Source: an uncultured Planctomycetia bacterium (GTDB taxonomy: Bacteria; Omnitrophota; Gorgyraeia; VGKH01; JBHPFN01). Taken from it: a stretch of DNA of 36,640 nt. The position numbers and the translations under genes are program-made. The DNA lies in NCBI GenBank assembly GCA_964406665.1, contig CAYOSQ010000003.1, positions 1 to 36,640 on the forward strand, read 5' to 3'. Positions 1 to 8,128 of this stretch are shown here, one piece after another (position 1 is the stretch's first letter; the number at the start of each line of letters is the position of its first letter). Under the pieces are notes generated by a model that was not told where the DNA came from, did no database searches, and saw only the letters and a program-made list of their open reading frames with translations.

Positions 1-26
1 GGAAAAGGAATTAACGGAATTTTAGT

Positions 27-99
27 GAGCCACTAGCTCATCCGGTAGAGCACCGCCCTTTTAAGGCGGGTGTGCCGAGTTCGAGTCTCGGGTGGCTCA
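27..99 (+). tRNA. tRNA-Lys (anticodon TTT)
   Basis: Cloverleaf: acceptor GAGCCAC/GTGGCTC plus discriminator A, D-arm GCTC/GAGC, anticodon arm CCGCC-CT TTT AA-GGCGG, T-arm CCGAG-TTCGAGT-CTCGG. No encoded CCA (followed by CTA). Confidence 0.96.
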
Positions 100-103
100 C
101 TAA

Positions 104-156
104 TAAATCCTTGGGCGAATGGTCCTGTTGCGCAGGACTACCGCCAAAAGGTTTTA
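104..156 (+). other. Long imperfect hairpin filling the tRNA-Lys/tRNA-Leu spacer
   Basis: TGGTCCTG(120-127)/CAGGACTA(133-140), GGCG(114-117)/CGCC(142-145), CCTT(109-112)/AAGG(148-151), TAAA(104-107)/TTTA(153-156). Confidence 0.6.
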
Positions 157-238
157 GGGCGGATGGCGGAATTGGTATACGCGCATGCCTTAGGAGCATG
201 TGCCGCAAGGCGTGGAGGTTCAAGTCCTCTTCCGCCCA
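157..238 (+). tRNA. tRNA-Leu (anticodon TAG)
   Basis: Acceptor GGGCGGA/TCCGCCC plus A, anticodon arm CATGC-CT TAG GA-GCATG, long variable arm GCC-GCAA-GGC, T-arm GGAGG-TTCAAGT-CCTCT. No encoded CCA. Confidence 0.96.
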
Positions 239-261
239 CAAAGAAACCACGATAATCTTTT

Positions 262-334
262 GCGGGAGTAACTCAGTTGGTAGAGTACAACGTTGCCAAC
301 GTTGAAGTCGCGGGTTCGACCCCCGTCTCCCGCT
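262..334 (+). tRNA. tRNA-Gly (anticodon GCC)
   Basis: Acceptor GCGGGAG/CTCCCGC plus discriminator T, D-arm ACTC/GAGT, anticodon arm CAACG-TT GCC AA-CGTTG, T-arm GCGGG-TTCGACC-CCCGT. No encoded CCA; runs into a T tract. Confidence 0.96.
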
Positions 335-399
335 TTTTTTGAATACACTTCTTAATTGTTAATAGTAAATAAAGATTTTAATTTTGGGAGGAATTTTAA

Positions 400-870
400 A
401 TGAAGATAATGGATTTCTTAAGCAAGAAAGCCACAACCACTGAGCTTAAATCTAGTGATAAAGAAAGCATAATAAAAGAATTGGTTAATTTGTTGATTAA
501 TGCCGGAGAGATAGACTCGCGTAACAGGAAAAAGACAATGGATATCTTGATGGCGAGAGAGTCTTTAGGGTCTACGGCAATTGGACAGGGCATAGGCATA
601 CCTCACGGAAAATCTGATTGCGTGGGAAAGCTTGTTGCCGCTTTTGGGCTTTCTAGGGGAGGAGTTGATTTTGATTCGCTAGACGGAGAGCCGGTTCATA
701 TATTCTTTTTGTTAATTGCCCCGCAAGATACTACAGGACCGCATTTGAAGGCTTTGGCAAGAATTTCTCGATTACTTAAAGATAAGTATCTACGAGAACA
801 ACTTAGGCAAGCAAAAGATCCAAAAGAGATAATCAAAATCATAATAAGAGAAGATGAAAAAAAGATTTAA
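400..870 (+). CDS. ptsN: PTS IIA component (fructose/mannitol/Ntr family), PtsN-like
   Basis: 156 aa; RE-SLGSTAIGQGIGIPHGK phospho-His motif, DFDSLDGEPVHIFFLL and HLKALARISRLL; GGGAGG RBS upstream. Confidence 0.88.
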   Translation: MKIMDFLSKKATTTELKSSDKESIIKELVNLLINAGEIDSRNRKKTMDILMARESLGSTAIGQGIGIPHGKSDCVGKLVAAFGLSRGGVDFDSLDGEPVHIFFLLIAPQDTTGPHLKALARISRLLKDKYLREQLRQAKDPKEIIKIIIREDEKKI

Positions 871-2122
871 AGTAAGATTTAATATAAATTCTTTATTTAA
901 GTGGCTTTATCCCGGAATGAAGATAAAACGCTGGATAATGGTATCTTTATTCGGTGTTTTTATGATAGGCATTGGAACGGCTATTTATTTATCTGAAATT
1001 GTAGCAGCACTAAAAATGGTTAGCCTGTTTACCATTATTTTCGGCGTGGTGCTTACTATAGTTGGAATGGTGAAACTAATCAGGTCATTGGTATTAGCAT
1101 TTGCTCCTAGAAGAGATAAAGATATTATTGATATTTTATACAAAAAAATGCATCTTGAACGAGGCCCGAAAATCGTAACGGTAGGAGGCGGCACCGGACT
1201 TTCTATGCTACTGCACGGACTTAAACAATACACGAGTAATATTTCTGCAGTTGTAACGGTAGCTGATAGCGGTGGTAGTTCCGGTAGGCTAAGAGAGCAA
1301 TTTGATGTTTTACCTCCTGGGGATATTCGTAACTGTCTAGTTGCTTTAGCTGATGCAGAGCCTCTAATGCAGAAACTTTTTCAATTTAGATTTAGCAAAG
1401 GTGCTGGTTTAGAGGGGCATAATTTTGGCAATCTTTTTATTACAGCTATGACTAGGTTAACAGGAGATTTTGAATTAGCAATTAAAGAATCCAGCAAGGT
1501 TTTAGCAATTAGAGGTCAGGTAATACCATCGACTTTAGATAATGTGTCATTGGTTGCAGAATATGAAGATGGTTCGATAATTGAAGGAGAAGATCAGATA
1601 CCTAAAAAAAATCTTCCTATTAGAAGGGTATTTCTGAAACCAGATTCACCTGCAGCTACTGAAGAAGCAGTCAGGGCAATTGACGAAGCAGAAATTATTG
1701 TTTTAGGCCCGGGAAGTTTATACACAAGCATTATTCCTAATTTACTTGTTAAAGATATTGCCAAGGCAATTATTGCCTCCAAAGCCGCTAAAGTATATGT
1801 TTGTAATGTTATGACTCAACCCGGAGAAACTGATGGTTACACTGCATCAAAGCATATTGAAACTATTGTTTCGCATTCTGCTCCTGGAATTATAGATTAT
1901 TGCGTTGTCAACGTTGCTAAGGCTTCATCAGACTTGCTTTCTAGATACAAGGAAGAAAATGCTTATCCTGTTGTTGCAGATTCTGATAAAATTCGGAAAT
2001 TAGGATATAAAGTAATTGAAGAGAGAATTATAGATTTGGCAGATTTCGTTAGACACGATTCTGTAAGACTGGCTAGAACAATTGCAAATCTTGTTGCGCG
2101 AAACAAAAACGGAAGAAAATGA
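854..2122 (+). CDS. yvcK: YvcK/GlmR (UPF0052/CofD-like) UDP-GlcNAc-binding gluconeogenesis factor with N-terminal transmembrane segments
   Basis: 422 aa; GGGTGLS, VTVADSGGSSGRLR, PPGDIRNCL, GHNFGNL, GPGSLYTS, NVMTQPGET and RHD motifs; WLYPGMKIKRW plus two hydrophobic helices at the N-terminus. Confidence 0.92.
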   Translation: MKKRFKVRFNINSLFKWLYPGMKIKRWIMVSLFGVFMIGIGTAIYLSEIVAALKMVSLFTIIFGVVLTIVGMVKLIRSLVLAFAPRRDKDIIDILYKKMHLERGPKIVTVGGGTGLSMLLHGLKQYTSNISAVVTVADSGGSSGRLREQFDVLPPGDIRNCLVALADAEPLMQKLFQFRFSKGAGLEGHNFGNLFITAMTRLTGDFELAIKESSKVLAIRGQVIPSTLDNVSLVAEYEDGSIIEGEDQIPKKNLPIRRVFLKPDSPAATEEAVRAIDEAEIIVLGPGSLYTSIIPNLLVKDIAKAIIASKAAKVYVCNVMTQPGETDGYTASKHIETIVSHSAPGIIDYCVVNVAKASSDLLSRYKEENAYPVVADSDKIRKLGYKVIEERIIDLADFVRHDSVRLARTIANLVARNKNGRK

Positions 2123-4152
2123 TAAATCTTCTTATGGCAATACATTGTCATCAGCCTGTAGGTAATTTTGATAACGTAGTAGAAGAGGCGTATCAAAAAT
2201 CATATTTGCCTTTTATCGAATTGCTTGAGAAACATCCTAAGGTTAAATTATCATTACATTATTCTGGTTATTTGATTGATTGGTTTGCAAAACATCATCC
2301 TGATTTTTTGAAAAGAATAAAAAGCATGGTTAAGAATTCTCAGGTAGAAATATTAGCTGGAGGTCATTTCGAGCCGATATTTTCTATGATACCTGAAAGA
2401 GATGCCATTGGTCAGGTTCGAATGTTAAAAGATGCAATAAGAAAAGCATTTTCTCAGGAGCCAAATGGTGCTTGGTTGGCCGAGAGAGTATGGGAGCCAA
2501 AATTGCCGGCTGTTCTTTCTCATGCGGGGATTAAATTTACTATTATTGATGATTCGCATTTTTCTGCTTTAAGTGAATTTAGTGCAAAGGAAAAAAACTC
2601 AAAGTTTAATCCTGACGATTTAAATGGTTATTATATTACTGAGGAGTTAGGTGAAAAAGTATTTATTTTTCCCGGTTCAGAAAAATTAAGATATTATATG
2701 CCATTTAAGTTACCTCAGGAGACAATTAATTATTTGAGAGAAAACAACCGTAACGGCACTGATAAAACAATTACTTTTGCAGATGATGGAGAGAAGTTTG
2801 GTCTTTGGCCCGGAACCAATAAATGGGTTTATGAAGAAAAATGGCTAGATAATTTTTTTACTGCTCTTGAGCAAAATAGCGACTGGATACGTTTATGTAC
2901 ATTCTCGGAACATTTAAAGAATAATAAACCTACAGAAAGAATTTATTTATCTTGTGCTAGCTATAGAGAAATGTTGGAGTGGTCAGGAGGATTTTTTAGA
3001 AATTTTCTTATAAAATATCCTGAGGCTAATAATCTACACAAAAAAATGCTATACGTAAGCAATAAAATTTCTTCGGTTGAAAATAATAACAATACAACTG
3101 CTAAGAAAAAGACGTTATCTAAAGAATTAACTCAAGCGCGGCGCCATCTTTATATGGGACAGACTAATGATATTTATTGGCACGGAGTTTTTGGAGGTCT
3201 TTATCTGAATCATTTACGACTTGCTGTGTCAAAGCACCTAATCGAAGCAGAGAAGATAGTCGACAAAATTATGAATGATAAGACATGGCAGAAAATCGAA
3301 ACTGTTGATTATGATTGTGACGGCAGCGAAGAGGTTATTTTTAATACCGATAAGTTAAATACAATTTTTAAGCCATCAAGTGGTGCAGTATTATCCAGCT
3401 GGGATTATCGTGAAAGACCTGCTAGTTTAATCAATACTTTACATCGTCGCTATGAATCGTATCATGAAAAAATAAAAGAGTCTTTCAATGATGATAAAGA
3501 AGAAAAACAACACGATGGTCAGCCGGCAAGCATACATGATGTAACCGAAATTAAACAAGACAATTTAGATGATGCGCTTATTTATGATAAATATAATCGA
3601 TATTGTTTAATTGATCATTTCTTAAGCAAGGAAGATAATTTAAAGGATTTTGAAAAGTTATCTGCACAAGATAAGTTTGATTGTGTTAGAAAAGCATATG
3701 ATTTTGATATAAAGAAAAATAAAGGTAAAGGAAAAGTTGCTTTCAACAGAAATTGTAATTCCCAAAATAGTTCTTTGCAGCTAAAGAAAGTAATAACAAT
3801 TGATAAAGCGTGTTTAAATGTTTCTTATAACATCAAGAATTTAAATGAACATGTTTTTTCTTCTCGGTTCGGGATAGAGTTCAATTTTTCAGTTTATGAC
3901 CCAAAGTTTGTTAAGGCAAGAGAAAGAAAATCAATTGATGGTTTTTCTATTAGCGATTCCTGGAACGGTTTGAAGATAGATTTTAAATCTAGCAACAAAT
4001 TTAATCTTTGGAGTTATCCCGTCGAGACAGTTTCTCAAACTGAGGGAGGTATTGATAAAGCTTATCAGAATCTCTGTTTATTGGTTTGGTGGGATCTAGA
4101 TGTTAAAAAAGACAGTAATTGGGAATCAAACATAGGAATCGAAATAAATTAA
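2119..4152 (+). CDS. GH57 alpha-amylase / 4-alpha-glucanotransferase (AmyA-like with C-terminal beta domains)
   Basis: 677 aa; HCHQP, WLAERVWEP (nucleophile Glu), DDGEKFGLWPG (acid/base Asp), YWHGVFGGLYLNHLR and PVETVSQTEGG; ATGA overlap with yvcK. Confidence 0.9.
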   Translation: MINLLMAIHCHQPVGNFDNVVEEAYQKSYLPFIELLEKHPKVKLSLHYSGYLIDWFAKHHPDFLKRIKSMVKNSQVEILAGGHFEPIFSMIPERDAIGQVRMLKDAIRKAFSQEPNGAWLAERVWEPKLPAVLSHAGIKFTIIDDSHFSALSEFSAKEKNSKFNPDDLNGYYITEELGEKVFIFPGSEKLRYYMPFKLPQETINYLRENNRNGTDKTITFADDGEKFGLWPGTNKWVYEEKWLDNFFTALEQNSDWIRLCTFSEHLKNNKPTERIYLSCASYREMLEWSGGFFRNFLIKYPEANNLHKKMLYVSNKISSVENNNNTTAKKKTLSKELTQARRHLYMGQTNDIYWHGVFGGLYLNHLRLAVSKHLIEAEKIVDKIMNDKTWQKIETVDYDCDGSEEVIFNTDKLNTIFKPSSGAVLSSWDYRERPASLINTLHRRYESYHEKIKESFNDDKEEKQHDGQPASIHDVTEIKQDNLDDALIYDKYNRYCLIDHFLSKEDNLKDFEKLSAQDKFDCVRKAYDFDIKKNKGKGKVAFNRNCNSQNSSLQLKKVITIDKACLNVSYNIKNLNEHVFSSRFGIEFNFSVYDPKFVKARERKSIDGFSISDSWNGLKIDFKSSNKFNLWSYPVETVSQTEGGIDKAYQNLCLLVWWDLDVKKDSNWESNIGIEIN

Positions 4153-4157
4153 TTAGT

Positions 4158-4421
4158 ATGCCAAAAATTATAAAGAGAATAATAATTAATAATAGTCAAG
4201 GGTTGCATGCTCGTCCGGCAGCAAATTTCGTTCAGCTAGCAAATAAGTTTGATGCCAATATTGTTTTAAAGAAAGACGGTGATTCTGTAAGTGGAAAATC
4301 GATAATGGGTATTTTAATGCTGGCTGCTGAAAAAGGTAGTGAAATTGAAATTGAAGCAAATGGTGAGGATGCCCAGCAGGCAGTTTTAGAATTAGAGGAG
4401 CTAGTGAGCAAAGATGAATAG
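4158..4421 (+). CDS. ptsH: HPr phosphocarrier protein
   Basis: GLHARPA (His15) and GKSIMG (Ser46) motifs. Start moved to ATG 4158, giving 87 aa (typical HPr length) and no overlap with the GH57 gene. Confidence 0.93.
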   Translation: MPKIIKRIIINNSQGLHARPAANFVQLANKFDANIVLKKDGDSVSGKSIMGILMLAAEKGSEIEIEANGEDAQQAVLELEELVSKDE

Positions 4422-6174
4422 CGAAATAATATTAAAAGGTATTCCTGCTTCTCCGGGAGTTGCTATTGGTCCTGCATTTTTGTTTGGCAGAGAAGATTTT
4501 GTTGTTTCTCCTAGAGGAATTACAGAATCTGAAGTTTCTACTGAAATCGTCAGGTTTGAAGAATCTTTAATCAAAACTCGACACGAGATTATTGAAATAC
4601 AAAAAAAGATCGAAGAGCAGATGGGTACGGAACATGCGGAGATTTTTGATGCTCATCTGTTGGTTTTAGAAGACCGCATGCTTATTGAAGATGTAATTAC
4701 TCATGTTAAAAAAGACAAGCTCTGTGTTGAATATATATTTTCTGAGGTATTAAAGAAATACGTAAATGTTTTCTCTCGCATAGAAGATGAGTACTTAAGA
4801 GAAAGAATCACCGATATAAATGATGTAGGAAAGAGAATCTTAAGGAATTTATTAGGAGAAAAAAGGCAAGTAGTAAGTAGCATGCAGGATCAATTTATTC
4901 TTATCGCTCATGATTTAGCTCCTTCTGATACTGCAACCATGCATAAGAAAAATGTTATAGCTTTTATTACAGATATTGGTTCGCGTACATCGCATACTGC
5001 TATTATGGCTAAATCTCTAGAAATTCCTTCTGTAGTAGGTTTAGAAACAGCCACCCTTAAGGTTAAAGATGGCGATATTGTTATTGTTGATGGTAGGGGT
5101 GGATTGGTAATTGTTAATCCTGCTAAAGAGACACTAAGCAAATATAAGAGCGAACGGCAGAAATTTGTTAGTCAGAAGGATAGATTTTTAAGTTTGAAGG
5201 ATTTGCCTGCTGAGACCCCTGATGGAAGAAAGGTAGACTTAGTGGCTAATATAGAATTACCCGAGGAGATTCCTTCAATCATTGATCATGGTGCATTTGG
5301 GATTGGATTGTACAGAACAGAATACTTCTATATGAATAGAGTTGATTTGCCTACAGAGGAAGAGCAATATGAGGCATACAAGCACGTTGCCGAAGCAATG
5401 CTTCCCCATAGTGTTGTTGTAAGAACTTTAGACTTAGGTGGAGATAAGTTCGTGTCCAAGCTGCAAGTTCCCAAAGACATGAATCCTTTCCTTGGATGGA
5501 GGGCTATCCGCTTTTGTCTGGCTAGACCCGATATTTTCAAGGTGCAATTAAGAGCAATATTGAAAGCTTCTGCGCATGGAAAATTAAAGCTAATGTATCC
5601 TATGATTTCTGGTATAGAAGAACTGCGTCAGGCAAATGTAATACTAGATGAAGTGAGGAAAGAATTAAAGAAAGATAAAATAGCTTTTGATGAAAAAATG
5701 GAAATTGGCGCAATGATAGAAGTACCGTCTGCGGCGCTTACAGCAGATATTTTAGCAAAGGAGGCTGATTTTTTCAGTATCGGAACCAATGACTTAATTC
5801 AGTATGCCCTAGCAATTGATAGGACAAACGAAAAAATTGCTTATTTATATGAGCCGGCACACCCAGCTGTTTTAAAGCTCATTAAAAATATTATTGATGC
5901 TGGGCATGCTGCAAAAATTTGGGTAGGCATGTGCGGTGAAATGACAGAAGAACCTGCCTTAGCACTTATATTGCTGGGGTTGGGCCTGGATGAATTTAGC
6001 GCATCGTCTGTTACTGTTCCCCAGTTAAAGCAACTTTTTAGAAATACAAGCTATAAAAAAGCTCAAGAGATTGCTAAGAAAGCTCTAAGCTTATCTACGG
6101 TAAAGGAAGTAGTGGATTACAGTAGGGGAGAACTTAGAAAGATAGCTCCTGAATTACTTGGGTCGGAGGGCTAA
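4414..6174 (+). CDS. ptsI: PEP-protein phosphotransferase (PTS enzyme I)
   Basis: 586 aa; TSHTAIMA phospho-His, GIGLYRTE, RTLDLGGDK, NPFLGWRAIR, MIEVP, DFFSIGTNDLIQY and MCGE; no N-terminal GAF domain. Confidence 0.96.
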   Translation: MNSEIILKGIPASPGVAIGPAFLFGREDFVVSPRGITESEVSTEIVRFEESLIKTRHEIIEIQKKIEEQMGTEHAEIFDAHLLVLEDRMLIEDVITHVKKDKLCVEYIFSEVLKKYVNVFSRIEDEYLRERITDINDVGKRILRNLLGEKRQVVSSMQDQFILIAHDLAPSDTATMHKKNVIAFITDIGSRTSHTAIMAKSLEIPSVVGLETATLKVKDGDIVIVDGRGGLVIVNPAKETLSKYKSERQKFVSQKDRFLSLKDLPAETPDGRKVDLVANIELPEEIPSIIDHGAFGIGLYRTEYFYMNRVDLPTEEEQYEAYKHVAEAMLPHSVVVRTLDLGGDKFVSKLQVPKDMNPFLGWRAIRFCLARPDIFKVQLRAILKASAHGKLKLMYPMISGIEELRQANVILDEVRKELKKDKIAFDEKMEIGAMIEVPSAALTADILAKEADFFSIGTNDLIQYALAIDRTNEKIAYLYEPAHPAVLKLIKNIIDAGHAAKIWVGMCGEMTEEPALALILLGLGLDEFSASSVTVPQLKQLFRNTSYKKAQEIAKKALSLSTVKEVVDYSRGELRKIAPELLGSEG

Positions 6175-6185
6175 AGTTTTTTGAT

Positions 6186-6938
6186 ATGAAAGTTTTAATC
6201 ATGGCAGCTGGCTATGGAACAAGGTTGTATCCTTTAACAAAGGATACTCCCAAGCCACTTTTAAAAGTGGGCAACCAGCCTATGATAAATCATTTAGTAG
6301 ATAAGATTTTAGCTCTTGATGGAGTAAGTGAGATTATAGTTATTACTAATGAGAAGTTTTATAAGGTTTTTCAGGATTGGTTAAATAGCAACAAAAAGAA
6401 TTGCAATAATATTTCTATTGATATAATTAACGATGGCACCACAACTCCTGAAAATAGGTTGGGTGCAATTGGGGATATTCATTTTGCAATTAAAGAAAAA
6501 TCAATTAAAGAAGATACGCTTGTTATTGGTGGAGATAATATCTTTGATTTTGATTTAAAAGAGTTCGTCGAGTTCGCAAAGTCAGTTAGGCCGAAGAAGT
6601 CTTTGGGATTTGTTGATATCAAAGACAAAGAAAAGGCACATAATTTTGGTGTTGCTGAGCTTGATGAAAATAAAAAAGTAGTTTCTTTCGAGGAGAAGCC
6701 ACAAAGCCCTAAGTCAAGTTTAGTGGCGATGTGTTTATATTTCTTACCGAAGGAAAATTTGCATCTTGTCGCTGAATATATTGAGAAACATGTTAAAAAT
6801 CAGGATGAGAAAGATACGTCGGGGACGTATATTAAGTGGTTGTATAAAAGGGAAGATGTTTTTGGCTTTGTGTTTCAGGGGCGTTGGTATGACATAGGTC
6901 ATATCGATTCTTATAACGAAGTGCAGAAATATTTTTAG
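6186..6938 (+). CDS. Sugar-1-phosphate nucleotidyltransferase (NTP_transferase family), substrate unknown
   Basis: 250 aa; AAGYGTRLYPLT-PKPLL, GGDN, FEEKP and WYDIG motifs. Confidence 0.88.
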   Translation: MKVLIMAAGYGTRLYPLTKDTPKPLLKVGNQPMINHLVDKILALDGVSEIIVITNEKFYKVFQDWLNSNKKNCNNISIDIINDGTTTPENRLGAIGDIHFAIKEKSIKEDTLVIGGDNIFDFDLKEFVEFAKSVRPKKSLGFVDIKDKEKAHNFGVAELDENKKVVSFEEKPQSPKSSLVAMCLYFLPKENLHLVAEYIEKHVKNQDEKDTSGTYIKWLYKREDVFGFVFQGRWYDIGHIDSYNEVQKYF

Positions 6939-6967
6939 AATTTTAACCTTAAAGAAGGAGGTTTGTT

Positions 6968-8128
6968 TTGAAAGGGCAATATTTCGTAACATCTGAGTCA
7001 GTAGGAGAAGGACATCCGGATAAAGTCTGTGACCAAATTTCGGATGCAGTGTTAGATGATGTTTTAAGGCAGGATCCTAAAGGTAGGGTAGCGTGTGAAA
7101 CTTACGTTACCATGGGTTTGATTATTGTAGGAGGAGAAATTACGACGAAAGCTTTCGTTGATACACATAAATTAGTCCGTAGGACTCTTACAAACATAGG
7201 CTATACTCATCACAAATACGGATTTTGCGCCGAGACCTGTGCAATTATTGATTCTATTAACAGTCAGTCTCCGGATATCGCACAAGGTGTTGATGCCGGT
7301 GGTGCTGGAGATCAGGGTTTAATGGTTGGTTATGCATGTTCGGAAACCAAAGAATTAATGCCTCTTCCGATTATGCTTTCTCATAAATTAGTGAAAAAGG
7401 TTGCTGAAGTAAGGAAAAGCAATGTATTAAAATATCTCGGACCAGATTGTAAGTCTCAGGTAACAGTTGAGTATTATGATGATGAACCAAAAAGAGTAGA
7501 AGCTGTTGTATTAGCTTGTCAACATACTGAAGATATTTTGGATTTTACCGGTAAAAAGATTACTAGAAAAGCTCGACAAGAAATAATTGATACTATAGCA
7601 AAGCCTGTGCTGAAAGGTTATATTGATAATAAAACTAAGTTTTATATTAATGAAACCGGAAAGTTTGTTGTAGGAGGTCCTCAGTCTGATACAGGTATGA
7701 CCGGTAGAAAGATAGTTGTTGATACCTACGGTGGTATTATTTCTCACGGTGGCGGTGCATTTTCGGGAAAAGATCCATCTAAGGTAGACCGTTCGGCAAC
7801 TTATATGGCAAGATACGTAGCTAAGAATATTGTAGCTAGTGGAATTGCTAAAAAGTGTGTTGTTCAATTAGCCTATGTAATAGGAAGAGCAGATCCTGTT
7901 AGTGTTATGATTGATACGCAAGGTACTTCTGATATTCCTTCTCAAAAGATTGAGAAACTAGTAAGAAAAGTTTTTGATCTTACTCCTAGGGGTATTATTA
8001 AAACGCTTAATCTTCTTCGCCCAATTTATGGAGTTACTGCTGCCTATGGTCATTTTGGCAGAAACGGCAGCACATTTACTTGGGAGAAAACTGATAAGGT
8101 TAATGCTTTAAGGAAGGGTATCAAATGA
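6968..8128 (+). CDS. metK: S-adenosylmethionine synthetase
   Basis: 386 aa; [36 protein letters not shown] and YGHFGR; TTG start with AAGGAGG RBS. Confidence 0.97.
   Translation: MKGQYFVTSESVGEGHPDKVCDQISDAVLDDVLRQDPKGRVACETYVTMGLIIVGGEITTKAFVDTHKLVRRTLTNIGYTHHKYGFCAETCAIIDSINSQSPDIAQGVDAGGAGDQGLMVGYACSETKELMPLPIMLSHKLVKKVAEVRKSNVLKYLGPDCKSQVTVEYYDDEPKRVEAVVLACQHTEDILDFTGKKITRKARQEIIDTIAKPVLKGYIDNKTKFYINETGKFVVGGPQSDTGMTGRKIVVDTYGGIISHGGGAFSGKDPSKVDRSATYMARYVAKNIVASGIAKKCVVQLAYVIGRADPVSVMIDTQGTSDIPSQKIEKLVRKVFDLTPRGIIKTLNLLRPIYGVTAAYGHFGRNGSTFTWEKTDKVNALRKGIK

Noticed and set aside
288-304. Tandem palindrome CAACGTTG-C-CAACGTTG
   Set aside because: Fully explained by the tRNA-Gly anticodon arm.
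38-305. ORFs 38..250 (-), 70..255 (+) and 72..305 (+)
   Set aside because: They overlap three well-formed tRNAs and are artefacts of GC-rich structural RNA.
339-370. Possible promoter (TTGAAT ... TAATAG/TAGTAA) ahead of ptsN
   Set aside because: Poor -10 match and spacing in very AT-rich DNA; not distinguishable from chance.
3081-3095. AAT/AAC run encoding poly-Asn in GH57
   Set aside because: Short, imperfect and in-frame in a probable loop; no evidence of a contingency repeat.
4119-4157. N-terminal extension of HPr in the ORF track
   Set aside because: It overlaps the GH57 gene; ATG 4158 gives a canonical-length HPr.
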